Origin: Deltaproteobacteria bacterium
GTDB lineage: Bacteria > Desulfobacterota > GWC2-55-46 > JAJCZF01
Length of the DNA stretch: 64,000 nt
NCBI GenBank assembly: GCA_029262475.1
Contig: JAJCZG010000019.1
Location: forward strand, 5,789 to 69,788
Reading direction: 5' to 3'
Below the pieces are notes generated by a model. That model saw nothing but the letters and a program-made list of their open reading frames with translations. It had not been told where the DNA came from and did no database searches. Each line of letters opens with the position of its first letter. Positions within the stretch are counted from its first letter, which is position 1. The position numbers and the translations under genes are program-made. Positions 1 through 10,567 of the stretch are shown one piece after another.

Positions 1-828
1 CACACGCAGGCGAGCCTTCCAAGCGCTTTCCATATGGCGAAGACCGAAGCGCATAACGCCTTTAACGACCCCGAGGTGTTTTTAGAGCGTTTCTGCGAGC
101 TCCCCCGCCATATAGAAATACAGATACTCGCCGACGAGCACGGAAACGTAATCCATCTCGGCGAACGCGAGTGTTCCATACAGAGGCGGCACCAGAAGAT
201 ACTCGAAGAAGCGCCTAGCCCCTTTATGGACGAAAAGCTCCGTAAGCAGATGGGTGATGCATCGATACAGCTCGCCAAGGCGATAGGCTACCATAACGCC
301 GGCACGGTGGAGTTCCTCGTGGATAAGAACCGCGAATTCTATTTCATGGAGATAAACACCAGACTCCAGGTCGAGCACCCGGTAACGGAGATGATAACCG
401 GCATTGATATAGTAAAAGAGCAGATACGCATAGCAGCAGGTAAAAAACTCCCGTTAAAGCAAAAGGACGTGACCTTTACCGGCCATAGCATTGAGTGCAG
501 GATAAACGCCGAAGACCCCAAGACCTTTCTTCCCTCACCGGGTAAGATAACCGAGCTTAATATGCCCGGTGGCCCCGGCGTACGCCTCGACAGCGCCGTA
601 TACTGTAACTCAACCGTCTCACCTCATTACGATTCGATGCTCGGCAAGCTCATCGTCCATGCCGGTACGAGGAACAAGGCAATCATACGGATGAGGAGGG
701 CCCTTGAGGAGTTCCACATCGAGGGGGTTAAGACCAATGTGCCCCTGCACATCGATATCATGAAGGACCACGATTTCATCGACGGCCATATTGACATTAA
801 TTTTCTCTCAAGGTATTCCACCAAATAA
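1..828 (+). CDS. accC: acetyl-CoA carboxylase biotin carboxylase subunit, C-terminal part (5' end outside window)
   Basis: Frame 1 is open from nt 1. The translation has PRHIEIQILADEHGNVIHLGERECSIQRRHQKILEEAPSP, GYHNAGTVEF and EINTRLQVEHPVTE, which are the ATP-grasp biotin carboxylase blocks. Confidence 0.93.
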   Translation, partial: HTQASLPSAFHMAKTEAHNAFNDPEVFLERFCELPRHIEIQILADEHGNVIHLGERECSIQRRHQKILEEAPSPFMDEKLRKQMGDASIQLAKAIGYHNAGTVEFLVDKNREFYFMEINTRLQVEHPVTEMITGIDIVKEQIRIAAGKKLPLKQKDVTFTGHSIECRINAEDPKTFLPSPGKITELNMPGGPGVRLDSAVYCNSTVSPHYDSMLGKLIVHAGTRNKAIIRMRRALEEFHIEGVKTNVPLHIDIMKDHDFIDGHIDINFLSRYSTK

Positions 829-881
829 AAAAAGCCCTACGCGCCGGCCCTAAATAATAGATACTCAAAAGGTAAAGAGAC

Positions 882-1685
882 TTGAAACGCTGGAGACTCA
901 TACTTGACCCACCGATGGAGGGGGTAGAGAATATGGCAGTTGACGAGGCCATACTCGGCCTCTTCGGCTCTCTCGCTGCCGAGGGGCTCGCACCCGTACC
1001 AACTCTCAGGCTATATAGCTGGAAACGACCTACGATATCCATCGGCTACACGCAGAAGTCGCGCCTCTTCAGGTGTTTAAAGAACCCTCTCCCGGTCGTA
1101 AGGCGCCTTACAGGGGGACGCGCCGTCCTCCACACAAAAGAGATCACCTACTCCGTAGTCGCCTCCACCGAAGACCCGCTCTTCGCGTCCGGAATAGGCG
1201 CGGCATACTCCGTTATAAGCAGCGCAATCGTAGGTGCCTTGAAGGGGCTAGGGATAGAAGCATCTCTAAGCCGGAAGGAGGATGGAGAGGGGAGCTCCAA
1301 CAAGGAAGCGTGCTTTCACGCGCCTTCGAGATACGAAGTAATTGCCGGAGGCGGAAAGCTCGCCGGGAGCGCGCAGAGGCGTTTTAAAGGGGTCTTTCTC
1401 CAACACGGCTCCATCCTCTTCGATGTGGACGAGGAGCTTAATGCGGAGCTATTCGGCAGAGATGTCGTGGACTCTATGAACTGGGTGAAGAGGCTCGCCC
1501 CGGCCATAGATATAGACGTATTAAGGCGGCTTCTCGTCCTCTCCATGGCCGAGGAGCTATCGGCTGAATTTAAAGAATCGACACTTACCCCGCCGGAGAA
1601 ACTCCTTGCCGAGCGCCTCGCCAGGGAAAAGTACACGGACCTTGACTGGAACGATAATATGCCGCTCTCCGAGACGCTCGTCTGA
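882..1685 (+). CDS. lipoate-protein ligase / octanoyltransferase family protein (BPL_LplA_LipB fold)
   Basis: NMAVDEAIL, LRLYSWKRPTISIGY and GGKLAGSAQRR motifs. TTG start. 267 aa. Confidence 0.72.
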   Translation: MKRWRLILDPPMEGVENMAVDEAILGLFGSLAAEGLAPVPTLRLYSWKRPTISIGYTQKSRLFRCLKNPLPVVRRLTGGRAVLHTKEITYSVVASTEDPLFASGIGAAYSVISSAIVGALKGLGIEASLSRKEDGEGSSNKEACFHAPSRYEVIAGGGKLAGSAQRRFKGVFLQHGSILFDVDEELNAELFGRDVVDSMNWVKRLAPAIDIDVLRRLLVLSMAEELSAEFKESTLTPPEKLLAERLAREKYTDLDWNDNMPLSETLV

Positions 1686-1696
1686 TTATTTATACG

Positions 1697-3220
1697 ATGA
1701 ATAATAAGCATAAAATAAATATTAAAACCCTCGTAACAGACCCTGTCATATTGATAGTGCGGCGGATTGCCTGCGCCCTTCCGTCTGTTAAAGACGGCGG
1801 TGGCGGCGTCGGGGCCTGGCTTGTCGGAGGAGCGTTAAGGGACCTTGTCATTACCGGCAGAGTGGATCGAGACTACGACTTCGCCGTAACATGCGAGTGC
1901 CGACTATTGGCTGAGGCTGTCGCAAAGGAGCTTGGAGCTAGTGTCTTTCCGCTCGATAGGGAGAGGGGGCTCTACAGGGTCGTCTCTAAAGAAGGCCTGC
2001 TATCCGGTAAGGGCGAGGTTTCCCGAGGGGCCGTGACTATCGACATAGGTCCTTTGAAGGACGAGACAATAACAGCGGATCTCCTTAAAAGAGATTTTAC
2101 CGTGGACGCTATGGCTGTGGATATATTCGCCCTCGGCGACGGAGAAGAGGATGGTATTACAAGTGAAGCGCTTATAGACCCGACCGGGGGGTTAGCGGAC
2201 GCTACTGAACTTAAGCTCCGCCCCGTTACGGAGACGATCTTTGACGACGACCCACTCAGGTGCCTTAGGGCCGTAAGGCTCGCCGCCACTATGAAGCTTG
2301 ATATCGCGCCCGCAACGCGTGAGCTCATTAAGGAGAAGGCTCTACTCCTGGAGCGCGTCGCTGCGGAGCGGGTAAGGGACGAGCTCCTTATTATATTCGC
2401 TTCAACGCTGGCGCTAAGGGGCGTGCGCCTCCTCTTCGAGCTCGATCTGACAGGTAAAATATTCCCCGCGTTATTCACCGGTTCTACCGGTAGCGTTACT
2501 GGCGCGTGGTCAGCTAACTTTGCATTAAGGAGATTGCAGAAGGCCGAAATATTCCTGGGTGAGATCAAGGACTCAGACGGCCCTTTCCGACGCCTTTACA
2601 ATTACCTCGCGGGAGGCACCGGCCCCGCCACAAATCTTGCACTCTTAAGGCTTTCAGTCTTCTTCTCTGAGGCTTCGAAGGAAGGTGTAGGCCAGGACGG
2701 TGGGCGTTTTGGTAATATAGCTGATACACAAGTGACAGGCCTTTCACCCTACGAAATCGTGGTAAGGAAAGACCTTTTGCGCCTTTGCCTTGGCACAGGT
2801 GCGGTCTCTGCCGTCCTTTCGGCTCTGAAATTCCGCCACGGGGTCTTCCGTCTTATGGCTCTGGAGAGGATCACCGACAGGTCACGCCATCGTTTCTTCG
2901 ACGCCGCCGGGGGTGGCACGGGGTTACTGGCCCTATCGCTGGCAGTCGCATGCGAGGGGTCGAGCTTTATCGACGTTGATCCAAGCTTTGAGGTATTTGT
3001 CCGTACGATGGTGGATTTTTATTTTGACGAGTATCTCCCGGAGCCCCTACCCCCTCTCCTTACGGGTAGTGAAATAATGGAGGTCTTCTCCGTTAAAGAG
3101 GGAAGTGTTGTGGGCGCGCTCGCTGGTGCGCTTAACTTTGCCGAGTCCGAGGGGATTGTAGATACAAGGGATGAGGCACTTGCGTTTCTAAAGGATTATA
3201 TAGAGCGAAGTACCACCTGA
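1697..3220 (+). CDS. CCA-adding enzyme / poly(A) polymerase-family tRNA nucleotidyltransferase with a long C-terminal extension
   Basis: GGALRDLVITGRVDRDYDF (pol-beta NTase G-G..D.D motif) and DPLRCLRAVRLA. 507 aa. Confidence 0.8.
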   Translation: MNNKHKINIKTLVTDPVILIVRRIACALPSVKDGGGGVGAWLVGGALRDLVITGRVDRDYDFAVTCECRLLAEAVAKELGASVFPLDRERGLYRVVSKEGLLSGKGEVSRGAVTIDIGPLKDETITADLLKRDFTVDAMAVDIFALGDGEEDGITSEALIDPTGGLADATELKLRPVTETIFDDDPLRCLRAVRLAATMKLDIAPATRELIKEKALLLERVAAERVRDELLIIFASTLALRGVRLLFELDLTGKIFPALFTGSTGSVTGAWSANFALRRLQKAEIFLGEIKDSDGPFRRLYNYLAGGTGPATNLALLRLSVFFSEASKEGVGQDGGRFGNIADTQVTGLSPYEIVVRKDLLRLCLGTGAVSAVLSALKFRHGVFRLMALERITDRSRHRFFDAAGGGTGLLALSLAVACEGSSFIDVDPSFEVFVRTMVDFYFDEYLPEPLPPLLTGSEIMEVFSVKEGSVVGALAGALNFAESEGIVDTRDEALAFLKDYIERSTT

Positions 3221-3258
3221 CCGAGAGCTCTCAAGGGCAGGCCGGTGCATCTTTATTA

Positions 3259-3287
3259 TTGACTTTCGCGCACTGAATGGATAGAGT
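3259..3287 (+). promoter_or_regulatory. candidate sigma-70 promoter, TTGACT-N17-TAGAGT, upstream of the cyclophilin gene
   Basis: Hexamers and 17-nt spacer read directly from the sequence. About 45 nt upstream of the ATG at 3334. Confidence 0.35.
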
Positions 3288-3333
3288 TTTAGACTGTTTG
3301 TCTGTTTTTTAACACATTTCAACGGAGGTTTTC

Positions 3334-3939
3334 ATGAGAAGGTTTATTCCTGATAGAGGTATTTATTCCAGGGCCGTTTTACTCGCAGCCCTATTAATGT
3401 TTACGTTACTGCCGCTCTATTCGAGTGCTGCGGACAAAGGAGATGAGATGGAAGCTTTAAAGAACGTTAGGGTGTTTATCGAGACGAACCTCGGTGAGAT
3501 TGAATTGAAATTCTTCCCTGAAGAGGCCCCAAACCACGTGAAAAGCTTTATTAAATTCTCAAAAGAGGGTTTTTATGACGGAACGATATTTCACAGGGTA
3601 ATTCCGGGTTTTATGATCCAGGGCGGCGACCCGAATACCAAGGGCACCGACACCAGCAAGTACGGCATGGGCGGCCCGGATGAAAATCTTGCCGCCGAGT
3701 TTAACGAGATAAGCCACAAGAGGGGCATTCTTTCTATGGCGAGGAGTCAGAGCCCCGACAGCGCGGGCTCGCAGTTCTTTGTCGTTGTAAAGGACTCGGT
3801 CTTTCTCGACAGGCAGTACACTGTCTTCGGCGAGGTCGTGAGCGGCCTGGATGTCGCCGATAAGATTGTAAACAGCCCGAGGAATTCGAGCGACCTCCCG
3901 AACGAGCGTATAGAGATGAAGATGCGGGTAGTCGAGTAG
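3334..3939 (+). CDS. cyclophilin-type peptidyl-prolyl cis-trans isomerase, exported (N-terminal signal peptide)
   Basis: FHRVIPGFMIQGGDP and SMARSQSPDSAGSQFFV cyclophilin blocks. Hydrophobic N-terminus AVLLAALLMFTLLPLYSSA. GGAGG RBS. Confidence 0.92.
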   Translation: MRRFIPDRGIYSRAVLLAALLMFTLLPLYSSAADKGDEMEALKNVRVFIETNLGEIELKFFPEEAPNHVKSFIKFSKEGFYDGTIFHRVIPGFMIQGGDPNTKGTDTSKYGMGGPDENLAAEFNEISHKRGILSMARSQSPDSAGSQFFVVVKDSVFLDRQYTVFGEVVSGLDVADKIVNSPRNSSDLPNERIEMKMRVVE

Positions 3940-3960
3940 CTCCGTATTCGCGACTTTTTG

Positions 3961-3996
3961 ACCCTGGGCCGCCTTACGGCGGCCCAGGGTTTTTTA
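3961..3996 (+). terminator. rho-independent terminator after the cyclophilin gene
   Basis: 13-bp GC-rich stem accctgggccgcc/ggcggcccagggt, loop ttac, then TTTTT. Confidence 0.85.
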
Positions 3997-4076
3997 AGCT
4001 CTCCCGTGCCACACTAAAGCGGCTTCATTGGCCTTAAAAGCTAAAATTATCAAATAGATGAAACCGGTTAATTCTC

Positions 4077-4105
4077 TTGCATTGCAATATTTAGTATGCT
4101 ATAAA
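4077..4105 (+). promoter_or_regulatory. candidate sigma-70 promoter, TTGCAT-N17-TATAAA (rimP-nusA-infB leader)
   Basis: Hexamers and exact 17-nt spacer counted in the sequence. About 420 nt upstream of rimP. Confidence 0.5.
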
Positions 4106-4136
4106 ATGTATAGGCGATTACAGACGCTTTAACTTT

Positions 4137-4165
4137 AAGTGGGCTATGGTCCACTTTTTTGTTTT
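4137..4165 (+). terminator. weak terminator-like hairpin 1 in the rimP leader
   Basis: Stem aagtgg/ccactt with an 8-nt loop, followed by TTTTTTgTTTT. Confidence 0.4.
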
Positions 4166-4184
4166 AAAAGCTCGTCGCTTGAAG

Positions 4185-4212
4185 GCCTCTAATTTTCATT
4201 TAGAGGTTTTTT
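4185..4212 (+). terminator. weak terminator-like hairpin 2 in the rimP leader
   Basis: Stem cctctaa/ttagagg with a 7-nt loop, followed by TTTTTT. Confidence 0.45.
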
Positions 4213-4523
4213 GTTTATAAGGGGGGCGGCTTGGGGGAGAGTCGGGTTTTATTTCTCGTGATCCTCTTTCGGGTTCTACGAATCCACCCTCTTTACGGAA
4301 GCCTTCTTCGCCGTGCGTTTCAAGCGCTTTGACTGCGGGTGGGCGTGAGCACGGGACGTGTTTTAAACTCCTTGATCTTACTTGTATATAAGCATTATTA
4401 GAGTTATAAAGTTCGCTCTCCGAGCCCCTTGGCGGGCTTCGAAACGGGATGGTTCACAAGTATTAATAGCGGGCGTAAAGAGTTTTGCCTGCAGGCGGCT
4501 AACGCTAGCGCTATCTGGTTGAT

Positions 4524-4994
4524 TTGATGTCTAGGGATATAGAGAATAAGATCATAGCGCTTCTGGAGCCGATGGTTGAGGACTGTGGGGCAGAGCTCCT
4601 CGATGTGCTTTTCCTCCAGGAAGACGGTCGCTGGGTGCTTCGCCTGTATGTGGATACCCCCGCCGGTATTACCATCGGCAAGGTTACCAAGATCACCAGG
4701 GAGGCGGGTCCGATCCTCGAAGAAGAGGATGTGATTTCGCAAGGCTATTCCCTTGAGGTAAGCTCTCCCGGTCCGGAGAGGCCCCTTAGAAAGCCCGGTC
4801 ATTTTACCTCGGCCATAGGTCACATGGCAAAGATCAAGCTCAAGGAGCCTATGGACGGCAGGAAAAACTTCAAGGCCGTTATAGACGGCTTTGAAGACGG
4901 CACGCTCACTGTTACGGATACGGCGGGTGAGGGTTTCAGGCTGGACTTTGAAAATATCGACCGGGCTAACCTCGAAGACGAGTTAAGAGCCTAG
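4524..4994 (+). CDS. rimP: ribosome maturation factor RimP
   Basis: 156 aa. The pattern G.ELLDV.F..E.GRWVLRLYVD and SLEVSSPG.ERPL is typical of RimP. It lies directly upstream of nusA. Confidence 0.9.
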   Translation: MMSRDIENKIIALLEPMVEDCGAELLDVLFLQEDGRWVLRLYVDTPAGITIGKVTKITREAGPILEEEDVISQGYSLEVSSPGPERPLRKPGHFTSAIGHMAKIKLKEPMDGRKNFKAVIDGFEDGTLTVTDTAGEGFRLDFENIDRANLEDELRA

Positions 4995-5059
4995 GGCATA
5001 GACCGGCAATTTAAGACTGATAAACTATTAATATAAATGTTTACGGAGGAATTTGAGTT

Positions 5060-6406
5060 GTGCTAAACCTAAGCAATATTATAGACCAGGTCGGTAGAGA
5101 CAAGGGCATTGATAAGGATATCCTTATAAGCGCCCTGGAATCTGCGATGCTTAAGGCCGCCGAAAAACGTTTCGGCGTCGGCAAGGATATAGAAGCGCAC
5201 TTCGACGAGGAGGCCAGTGAGATAGAGCTCTTTCTCTTTAAGACAGTCGTCGAAGAGGTTGATGACCCGGATGTTGAGATAACGCTCGAAGATGCGTTAA
5301 AGTCCGACCCAGATGCCGAGCTTGGCGATAGCCTTGGCGTAAAACTTTCTCAAGAAGAATTCGGCAGAATAGACGCCCAGACTGCGAAGCAGATAATAAT
5401 TCAGAAGGTGCGCGACGCTGAGCGCGACATAGTCTACAGCGAGTACTCCGAGAAGTCCGGCGAGATAATAACCGGTATCGTTCAGAGGTTTGAGAAGGGC
5501 GACATCATAGTGGACCTCGGCAGGACCGAGGCTCTCCTCCCGAAGAAGGAACAGGTACGGAGAGAGGGTTATCGTCAGGGCGAGAGGATTAGAGGCATAG
5601 TCGTAGAGGTAAACAAGGAGTCGAGGGGTCCGCAGATCATAATGAGCCGTACCCACCCCGGCTTTCTCATACAGTTATTCAAACTTGAGGTGCCGGAGAT
5701 ATACGAGGGCATCGTAGAGGTCAAGGGCGCGGCCCGCGAGCCGGGCGACCGCGCAAAGATCGCCGTATATTCTCATAACGCCGATGTCGATCCGGTAGGG
5801 GCATGCGTAGGTGTTAAGGGCTCAAGGGTCCAGTCCGTCGTCCAGGAGCTTAAGGGCGAGAAGATAGACATCGTTCATTGGTCGGACGAGAAGGCCATAT
5901 ATGTTAAAAATACCCTCTCACCGGCGCAGATATCTCGCGTCGTAGTCGATGAGGCCGAGCACTCTATGGAAGTGATAGTCCCGGACGACCAGCTCTCGCT
6001 GGCGATTGGAAAGAAGGGACAAAACGTTAGGCTGGCGGTAAAGCTCACCGGCTGGAAGATAGATATAAAGACAGAGACTCAGACGGAGGATGCCGGCAGT
6101 AAGAAGCTTACCCCTGAAGAGGCTTTGAGGCAAGAGGTCGAGAATGCCCAGTCGCTCGAGGAGCTCAGGGCCGCCGATGAAGAGGCAGTAAGCGTTGCCC
6201 CTTCAGGAGGTGACGCCCCGGATGGCGGCGCTGGCGTGGAAACGCTCGACGGCGTTGGACCGAAGACGGCTGAGGCCTTAAATAATGCCGGTTTTAAAAC
6301 CCTTGAAAGCATAGCATCAGTTGGTCTAGATGTGATAGCATCTATAGAAGGTATAGGCGATAAGAAGGCTGAAAAAATTATTAATGCCGCAAAGGCTGCC
6401 GTATAG
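5060..6406 (+). CDS. nusA: transcription termination/antitermination factor NusA
   Basis: GTG start. S1 and KH-domain blocks ([52 protein letters not shown]) and a C-terminal HhH repeat. Confidence 0.96.
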   Translation: MLNLSNIIDQVGRDKGIDKDILISALESAMLKAAEKRFGVGKDIEAHFDEEASEIELFLFKTVVEEVDDPDVEITLEDALKSDPDAELGDSLGVKLSQEEFGRIDAQTAKQIIIQKVRDAERDIVYSEYSEKSGEIITGIVQRFEKGDIIVDLGRTEALLPKKEQVRREGYRQGERIRGIVVEVNKESRGPQIIMSRTHPGFLIQLFKLEVPEIYEGIVEVKGAAREPGDRAKIAVYSHNADVDPVGACVGVKGSRVQSVVQELKGEKIDIVHWSDEKAIYVKNTLSPAQISRVVVDEAEHSMEVIVPDDQLSLAIGKKGQNVRLAVKLTGWKIDIKTETQTEDAGSKKLTPEEALRQEVENAQSLEELRAADEEAVSVAPSGGDAPDGGAGVETLDGVGPKTAEALNNAGFKTLESIASVGLDVIASIEGIGDKKAEKIINAAKAAV

Positions 6407-6435
6407 GCGGAAGGTCACTGGAAAAAGTTTATCTT

Positions 6436-8814
6436 ATGGTAGAAAATGAGACGAAAGACAAGGTAACGGTAGTAGGTGGGGTCGAGGAACGCAGGATTAA
6501 ATCTTCCGTTATTCGACGCAGGGCCAAGAAAGCTGAGCCTCCGAAGGAAGAGGAACCGAAGGTAGCGGCGGCCCCTGAGCCTGTAGCCGTGACGGAGACT
6601 CCGGTAAAGACCGAAGCTCCTGCCGTGGAAGCCCAGAAGCCAGCTCCTGCAGCCACTAAGCCTCCTGCGGATAAGTCGGCTGCCGCGCCAGCCGACTCAG
6701 GGGCCAAAGAAGAGGCTCCATCGAAGACGGCTGCTCCTAAAAAACCTCTAAAGAAGGGCGAGAAGGCCAAAGAGGCGGCTCCCAAGACAGATAAGGTCGA
6801 TAAGAAGAGCCCGGCAAAATTAAAAGTTGAAGCCAAGGAACGCGCCGATACAGAAGAACTCTCTGCCAGGAAAGAGGTGAAGGTCTTCGAAGCTGTTCGG
6901 ACTGACAGACACCTTGCGCCGGCCGCCAGGGCCTTTAAGATGGGCAAGAAGAGGAAGGGCAGGACGCAGGGCAGGTTCAGGTCTGGCAGGTCACAGAAGG
7001 CCCAGTCTTCGCGCCCACTTCTTAAGACGGAGATTACGACGCCAAAGGCCGCCAAGAGGGTCATTAGAATCCTTGAGGCGATAAGTGTGGCGGATCTCTC
7101 GCAGAGGCTCGGCGTAAAAGCCGGGGAGATAATAAAGAAACTTATGGCGCTCGGTATTATGAGCACCGTTAATCAACTTATAGATTTCGAATCGGCTGCC
7201 CTGGTGGCCGACGAGTTCGGATACGGTGTCGAGAGCGCCGGTCCGCAGGAAGATCTGCTTATAGAGGAAGAGGCTGGCGGCGGCACCGAAGATGATGCCG
7301 AACTCGTAAAGAGGGCTCCGGTCGTAACCGTAATGGGGCATGTCGACCACGGTAAAACTTCACTCCTGGACGTTATAAGGAAGACCAACGTCGTAAAGGG
7401 AGAGGCCGGCGGCATAACGCAGCATATAGGCGCTTACCATGTCTATCTTGATAAAGGAGATATAACCTTCTTAGATACTCCCGGACACGAGGCGTTTACC
7501 TCGATGCGGGCCAGGGGGGCGAAGGCCACGGATATAGTTCTGCTGGTCGTCGCGGCCGACGACGGCGTTAAGCCTCAGACCGTCGAGGCGATAAACCACG
7601 CAAAAGAAGCGAACGTTCCAATCATAGTCGTCATAAATAAGATTGATCTCCCCGAAGCAAACCCCGATAGGGTAAAACAAGAGATGAGCCAGCACGGCCT
7701 TGTAAGCGAGGACTGGGGCGGTGACACTATATTTGCAGAGGTATCGGCAAAGCAGGGCCTGCATATCCAGGAGCTTCTGGAACTCGTCATCCTCCAATCG
7801 GAGATTCTCGAGCTAAAAGCCCCGGTATCTTCCCAGGCCAGGGGCGTTATCATTGAGGCCAAGCTCGACAAGGGCCGCGGCCCGGTGGCGACGGTACTCA
7901 TACAGAAGGGTACCTTGAAGACCGGAGACGCCTTTGTCGTAGGAGATCAGTCCGGCAGGGTAAGGGCCATGATCAATGACCTGGGAAAGAGGGTTAGCGA
8001 GGCAGGCCCGAGTATGCCGATAGAGATACTCGGTCTCTCGGATGTGCCGAGTGCGGGTGATGATTTTACAGCTGTGAAGGACGAAGCCACGGCAAAACAG
8101 ATAGTCTCCATCAGAGAGCGTAAGCAGCTTGAGGCGGACAGGGCGAAGACCGCCAAGGTAAGCCTTGAAGACCTCTTCGATCAGATAAATAAGGGTGAGG
8201 TCAAGGAGCTTAAAGTAGTCATAAAGGGCGACGTTCAGGGTTCCATAGAGGCCGTCAAGGACGCCTTAAATAAGCTCTCGACCGACGCGATAACTCTCGT
8301 GCCTATACATACCGGCGCGGGCGCGATAAACGAGGGCGACTGCATGCTCGCCGCCGCTTCTAACGCGATCATTGTCGGCTTTAACGTAAGGCCCGACACA
8401 AAGGCCCAGCGCCTTGCCGAGCACGAAGAGATAGATTTAAGACTCTATAACGTCATCTACGATCTCGTCGAGGACGTAAGGAACGCTATGGAGGGCATGC
8501 TCGAGCCGATCATAAGGGAGAAGGTCATTGCCAGGGCCGAGGTTCGCGACGTCATAAGGATTACCAAGGTCGGTAACGTCGCCGGCTCTTATGTGGTCGA
8601 CGGGATCTTCAAGAGGAACTCGCGCGCGAGGCTCCTCAGGGAGAACGTCATCATATACGACGCTAAAATTGGATCGCTAAAAAGGTTCAAAGAGGATGTC
8701 AAGGAGGTAGCCGCAGGCTATGAGTGCGGTATTACCATAGAAGGATATAACGACTATAAAGCAGGGGATCATATCGAGGCGTATATCCTCGAGGAAGAGG
8801 CAGCGAAGCTCTAG
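6436..8814 (+). CDS. infB: translation initiation factor IF-2
   Basis: GTPase motifs [21 protein letters not shown] and NKID. Ala/Pro/Lys-rich N-terminal low-complexity region. 792 aa. Confidence 0.97.
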   Translation: MVENETKDKVTVVGGVEERRIKSSVIRRRAKKAEPPKEEEPKVAAAPEPVAVTETPVKTEAPAVEAQKPAPAATKPPADKSAAAPADSGAKEEAPSKTAAPKKPLKKGEKAKEAAPKTDKVDKKSPAKLKVEAKERADTEELSARKEVKVFEAVRTDRHLAPAARAFKMGKKRKGRTQGRFRSGRSQKAQSSRPLLKTEITTPKAAKRVIRILEAISVADLSQRLGVKAGEIIKKLMALGIMSTVNQLIDFESAALVADEFGYGVESAGPQEDLLIEEEAGGGTEDDAELVKRAPVVTVMGHVDHGKTSLLDVIRKTNVVKGEAGGITQHIGAYHVYLDKGDITFLDTPGHEAFTSMRARGAKATDIVLLVVAADDGVKPQTVEAINHAKEANVPIIVVINKIDLPEANPDRVKQEMSQHGLVSEDWGGDTIFAEVSAKQGLHIQELLELVILQSEILELKAPVSSQARGVIIEAKLDKGRGPVATVLIQKGTLKTGDAFVVGDQSGRVRAMINDLGKRVSEAGPSMPIEILGLSDVPSAGDDFTAVKDEATAKQIVSIRERKQLEADRAKTAKVSLEDLFDQINKGEVKELKVVIKGDVQGSIEAVKDALNKLSTDAITLVPIHTGAGAINEGDCMLAAASNAIIVGFNVRPDTKAQRLAEHEEIDLRLYNVIYDLVEDVRNAMEGMLEPIIREKVIARAEVRDVIRITKVGNVAGSYVVDGIFKRNSRARLLRENVIIYDAKIGSLKRFKEDVKEVAAGYECGITIEGYNDYKAGDHIEAYILEEEAAKL

Positions 8815-8948
8815 GGTCTTCGTGATGGATAAAGATGTTTCCGTCCTGCTGTTTCCTGGCTTTGGAGCGTGTTTTTATAGAACGGTAAGCAAAAAGGCCA
8901 TCCGGTCGGATAAAGGCCGGTAAGGCGTGTAACTTCCCCCGGTGTCCA

Positions 8949-9236
8949 ATGGTAGTCGGCGTTTGCCAGGTTACGATATTCTTTCACGACAACCACTCCT
9001 TAAAGGAAAAGAGGCGTCGAGTAAAGAGCATCATCAAAAGGACCACGAACCACTTTAATGTCTCCGGCGCTGAAGTCGCGGAGCATGAGTTGTGGCAAAA
9101 GGGGGTTGTCGCTTTTGTAACGCTCGGGACAGACAAAAGCTTCGTCAACTCCGTTCTCGATAAGATTCTTGATTTTGTTGAAGACCTGCACTCCGGAGAG
9201 ATAATAGATACGAGTGTGGAGATTATAGGATTATAA
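8949..9236 (+). CDS. DUF503 (YlxP-like) protein
   Basis: 95 aa. The SLKEKRRRVKSII motif is typical of the small gene found between infB and rbfA. Confidence 0.78.
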   Translation: MVVGVCQVTIFFHDNHSLKEKRRRVKSIIKRTTNHFNVSGAEVAEHELWQKGVVAFVTLGTDKSFVNSVLDKILDFVEDLHSGEIIDTSVEIIGL

Positions 9237-9237
9237 T

Positions 9238-9582
9238 ATGAGTTACAGCCGCGCCGACAGGGTCGGCGACCTGATAAGAAAAGAGATAGCCGATATCTTA
9301 CTGCACGGAGACGTCAGGGACCCGAGGGTGGGTTTTGTGACGATAACTACCGTGAAGATGAGTAAGGACCTTAAACACGCAAAGGTATATTTTAGTATCA
9401 TCGGCTCCAGGGAAGAGATGGAAGAGAGTGTTAAAGGGCTTATGAGCGCCAGCGGTTACATCAGAAGGCGTTTGGCAAAGACACTTGACCTTAAGACCAT
9501 CCCTTCCATCAGGTTTCTATTCGACGACTCCATAGAGTATTCGAGCCATATCGCGGATGTAATAAAGGAAATAAATGGATAG
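9238..9582 (+). CDS. rbfA: 30S ribosome-binding factor RbfA
   Basis: RADRVGDLIRKEIADIL, VTITTVKMSKDLKHAKVYFS and IPSIRFLFDDS. Confidence 0.94.
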   Translation: MSYSRADRVGDLIRKEIADILLHGDVRDPRVGFVTITTVKMSKDLKHAKVYFSIIGSREEMEESVKGLMSASGYIRRRLAKTLDLKTIPSIRFLFDDSIEYSSHIADVIKEING

Positions 9583-10546
9583 AAGGTTCGACGCAGCTAT
9601 AGAGAAGATGCGCGCTGGTAAAAACTTTATCGTAACCTCGCACGTAAACCCCGAGGGCGACGCCCTCGGCTCTCTTCTCGGGCTAACGCTCGCTCTAAGG
9701 CTCGCCGGAAAGAAGGTCACGGCGTGCATGGAAGATAATGTCCCGGATCTACTCAAGTTTCTGCCCGGTTCCGATACTCTTACTGGTTCCATTGACGGAG
9801 CAGGTCCCTTTGACGCTACATTTGCTGTGGACTGCGGCCAGAAGGACAGGCTTGCAGCGCCACTTGGCAGCCCGGCGGAGACCGGCACGCTTATAAATAT
9901 CGATCATCACGGCACTAACGACGAGTTCGGCGATATTAACATAGTTGAAGCGGAAGCGAGCAGCGCCGGCGAACTGGTCTATGATTTTATAATGGCTGCG
10001 GGCCTTGAGATTAATAAAGATATCGCTACTTGTTTATATGTCGCTATATCTACCGATACGGGCTCGTTTAGGTATTCTTCATCGAAGCCGGATACGTTTA
10101 GAAAGGCGGGTGAGCTCGTCGCCCTGGGCGCAGACCCCTGGGACGTAGCTTCACACGTCTATGAGAATCACCCCGAGAATAAGCTAAAACTCTTTTCGAA
10201 GGTGCTCGGCACCCTTGAGGTTATTTCGTGCGATACCTTTAAGGCAGCGACGATGTATGTAACCCTTGAAATGTTTGATAGCGTCGGGGCCGATAAAGAC
10301 CTCGCCGAGGGTTTCGTAAACTACGCGAGGGGCGTTACAGGTGTCGAAGTAGGGCTTATGTTCCGCGAGAGCGGGCCGGGGGAATATAAGGTAAGTATGA
10401 GGTCGAGAGGGCTTATAGACGTAGCGGAGATCGCTCAGCGTTTTGGAGGCGGCGGCCACAAGAACGCCGCAGGCTTTAAGATAAGCGGAGAGCTACCTGA
10501 AGTGCGTGAGCGCTTAAAGGCCGTTTTGAGCGGCACCGGGCAGTAA
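9575..10546 (+). CDS. nrnA: DHH/DHHA1-family phosphoesterase (NrnA-type oligoribonuclease / pAp phosphatase)
   Basis: VTSHVNPEGDALGS, NIDHH, DTGSFRYS and GGGHKNAAG motifs. Confidence 0.82.
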   Translation: MDRRFDAAIEKMRAGKNFIVTSHVNPEGDALGSLLGLTLALRLAGKKVTACMEDNVPDLLKFLPGSDTLTGSIDGAGPFDATFAVDCGQKDRLAAPLGSPAETGTLINIDHHGTNDEFGDINIVEAEASSAGELVYDFIMAAGLEINKDIATCLYVAISTDTGSFRYSSSKPDTFRKAGELVALGADPWDVASHVYENHPENKLKLFSKVLGTLEVISCDTFKAATMYVTLEMFDSVGADKDLAEGFVNYARGVTGVEVGLMFRESGPGEYKVSMRSRGLIDVAEIAQRFGGGGHKNAAGFKISGELPEVRERLKAVLSGTGQ

Positions 10547-10567
10547 GAAGTTAAGGACAAAAGATAG

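Noticed and set aside
4404-4823. 139-aa minus-strand ORF overlapping the rimP start
   Set aside because: It overlaps the well-supported rimP gene and its leader. It has no RBS or motif and is judged spurious.
6429-7166. 245-aa minus-strand ORF antisense to infB. Similar long antisense ORFs lie at 1972-2568, 27376-27903, 36302-36793, 42085-42657, 45620-46195 and 63033-63797.
   Set aside because: All lie entirely within strongly supported genes on the opposite strand. Their composition is Ser/Ala/Arg/Pro-rich, as is typical of antisense frames in GC-rich coding DNA, and they contain no recognisable motifs.
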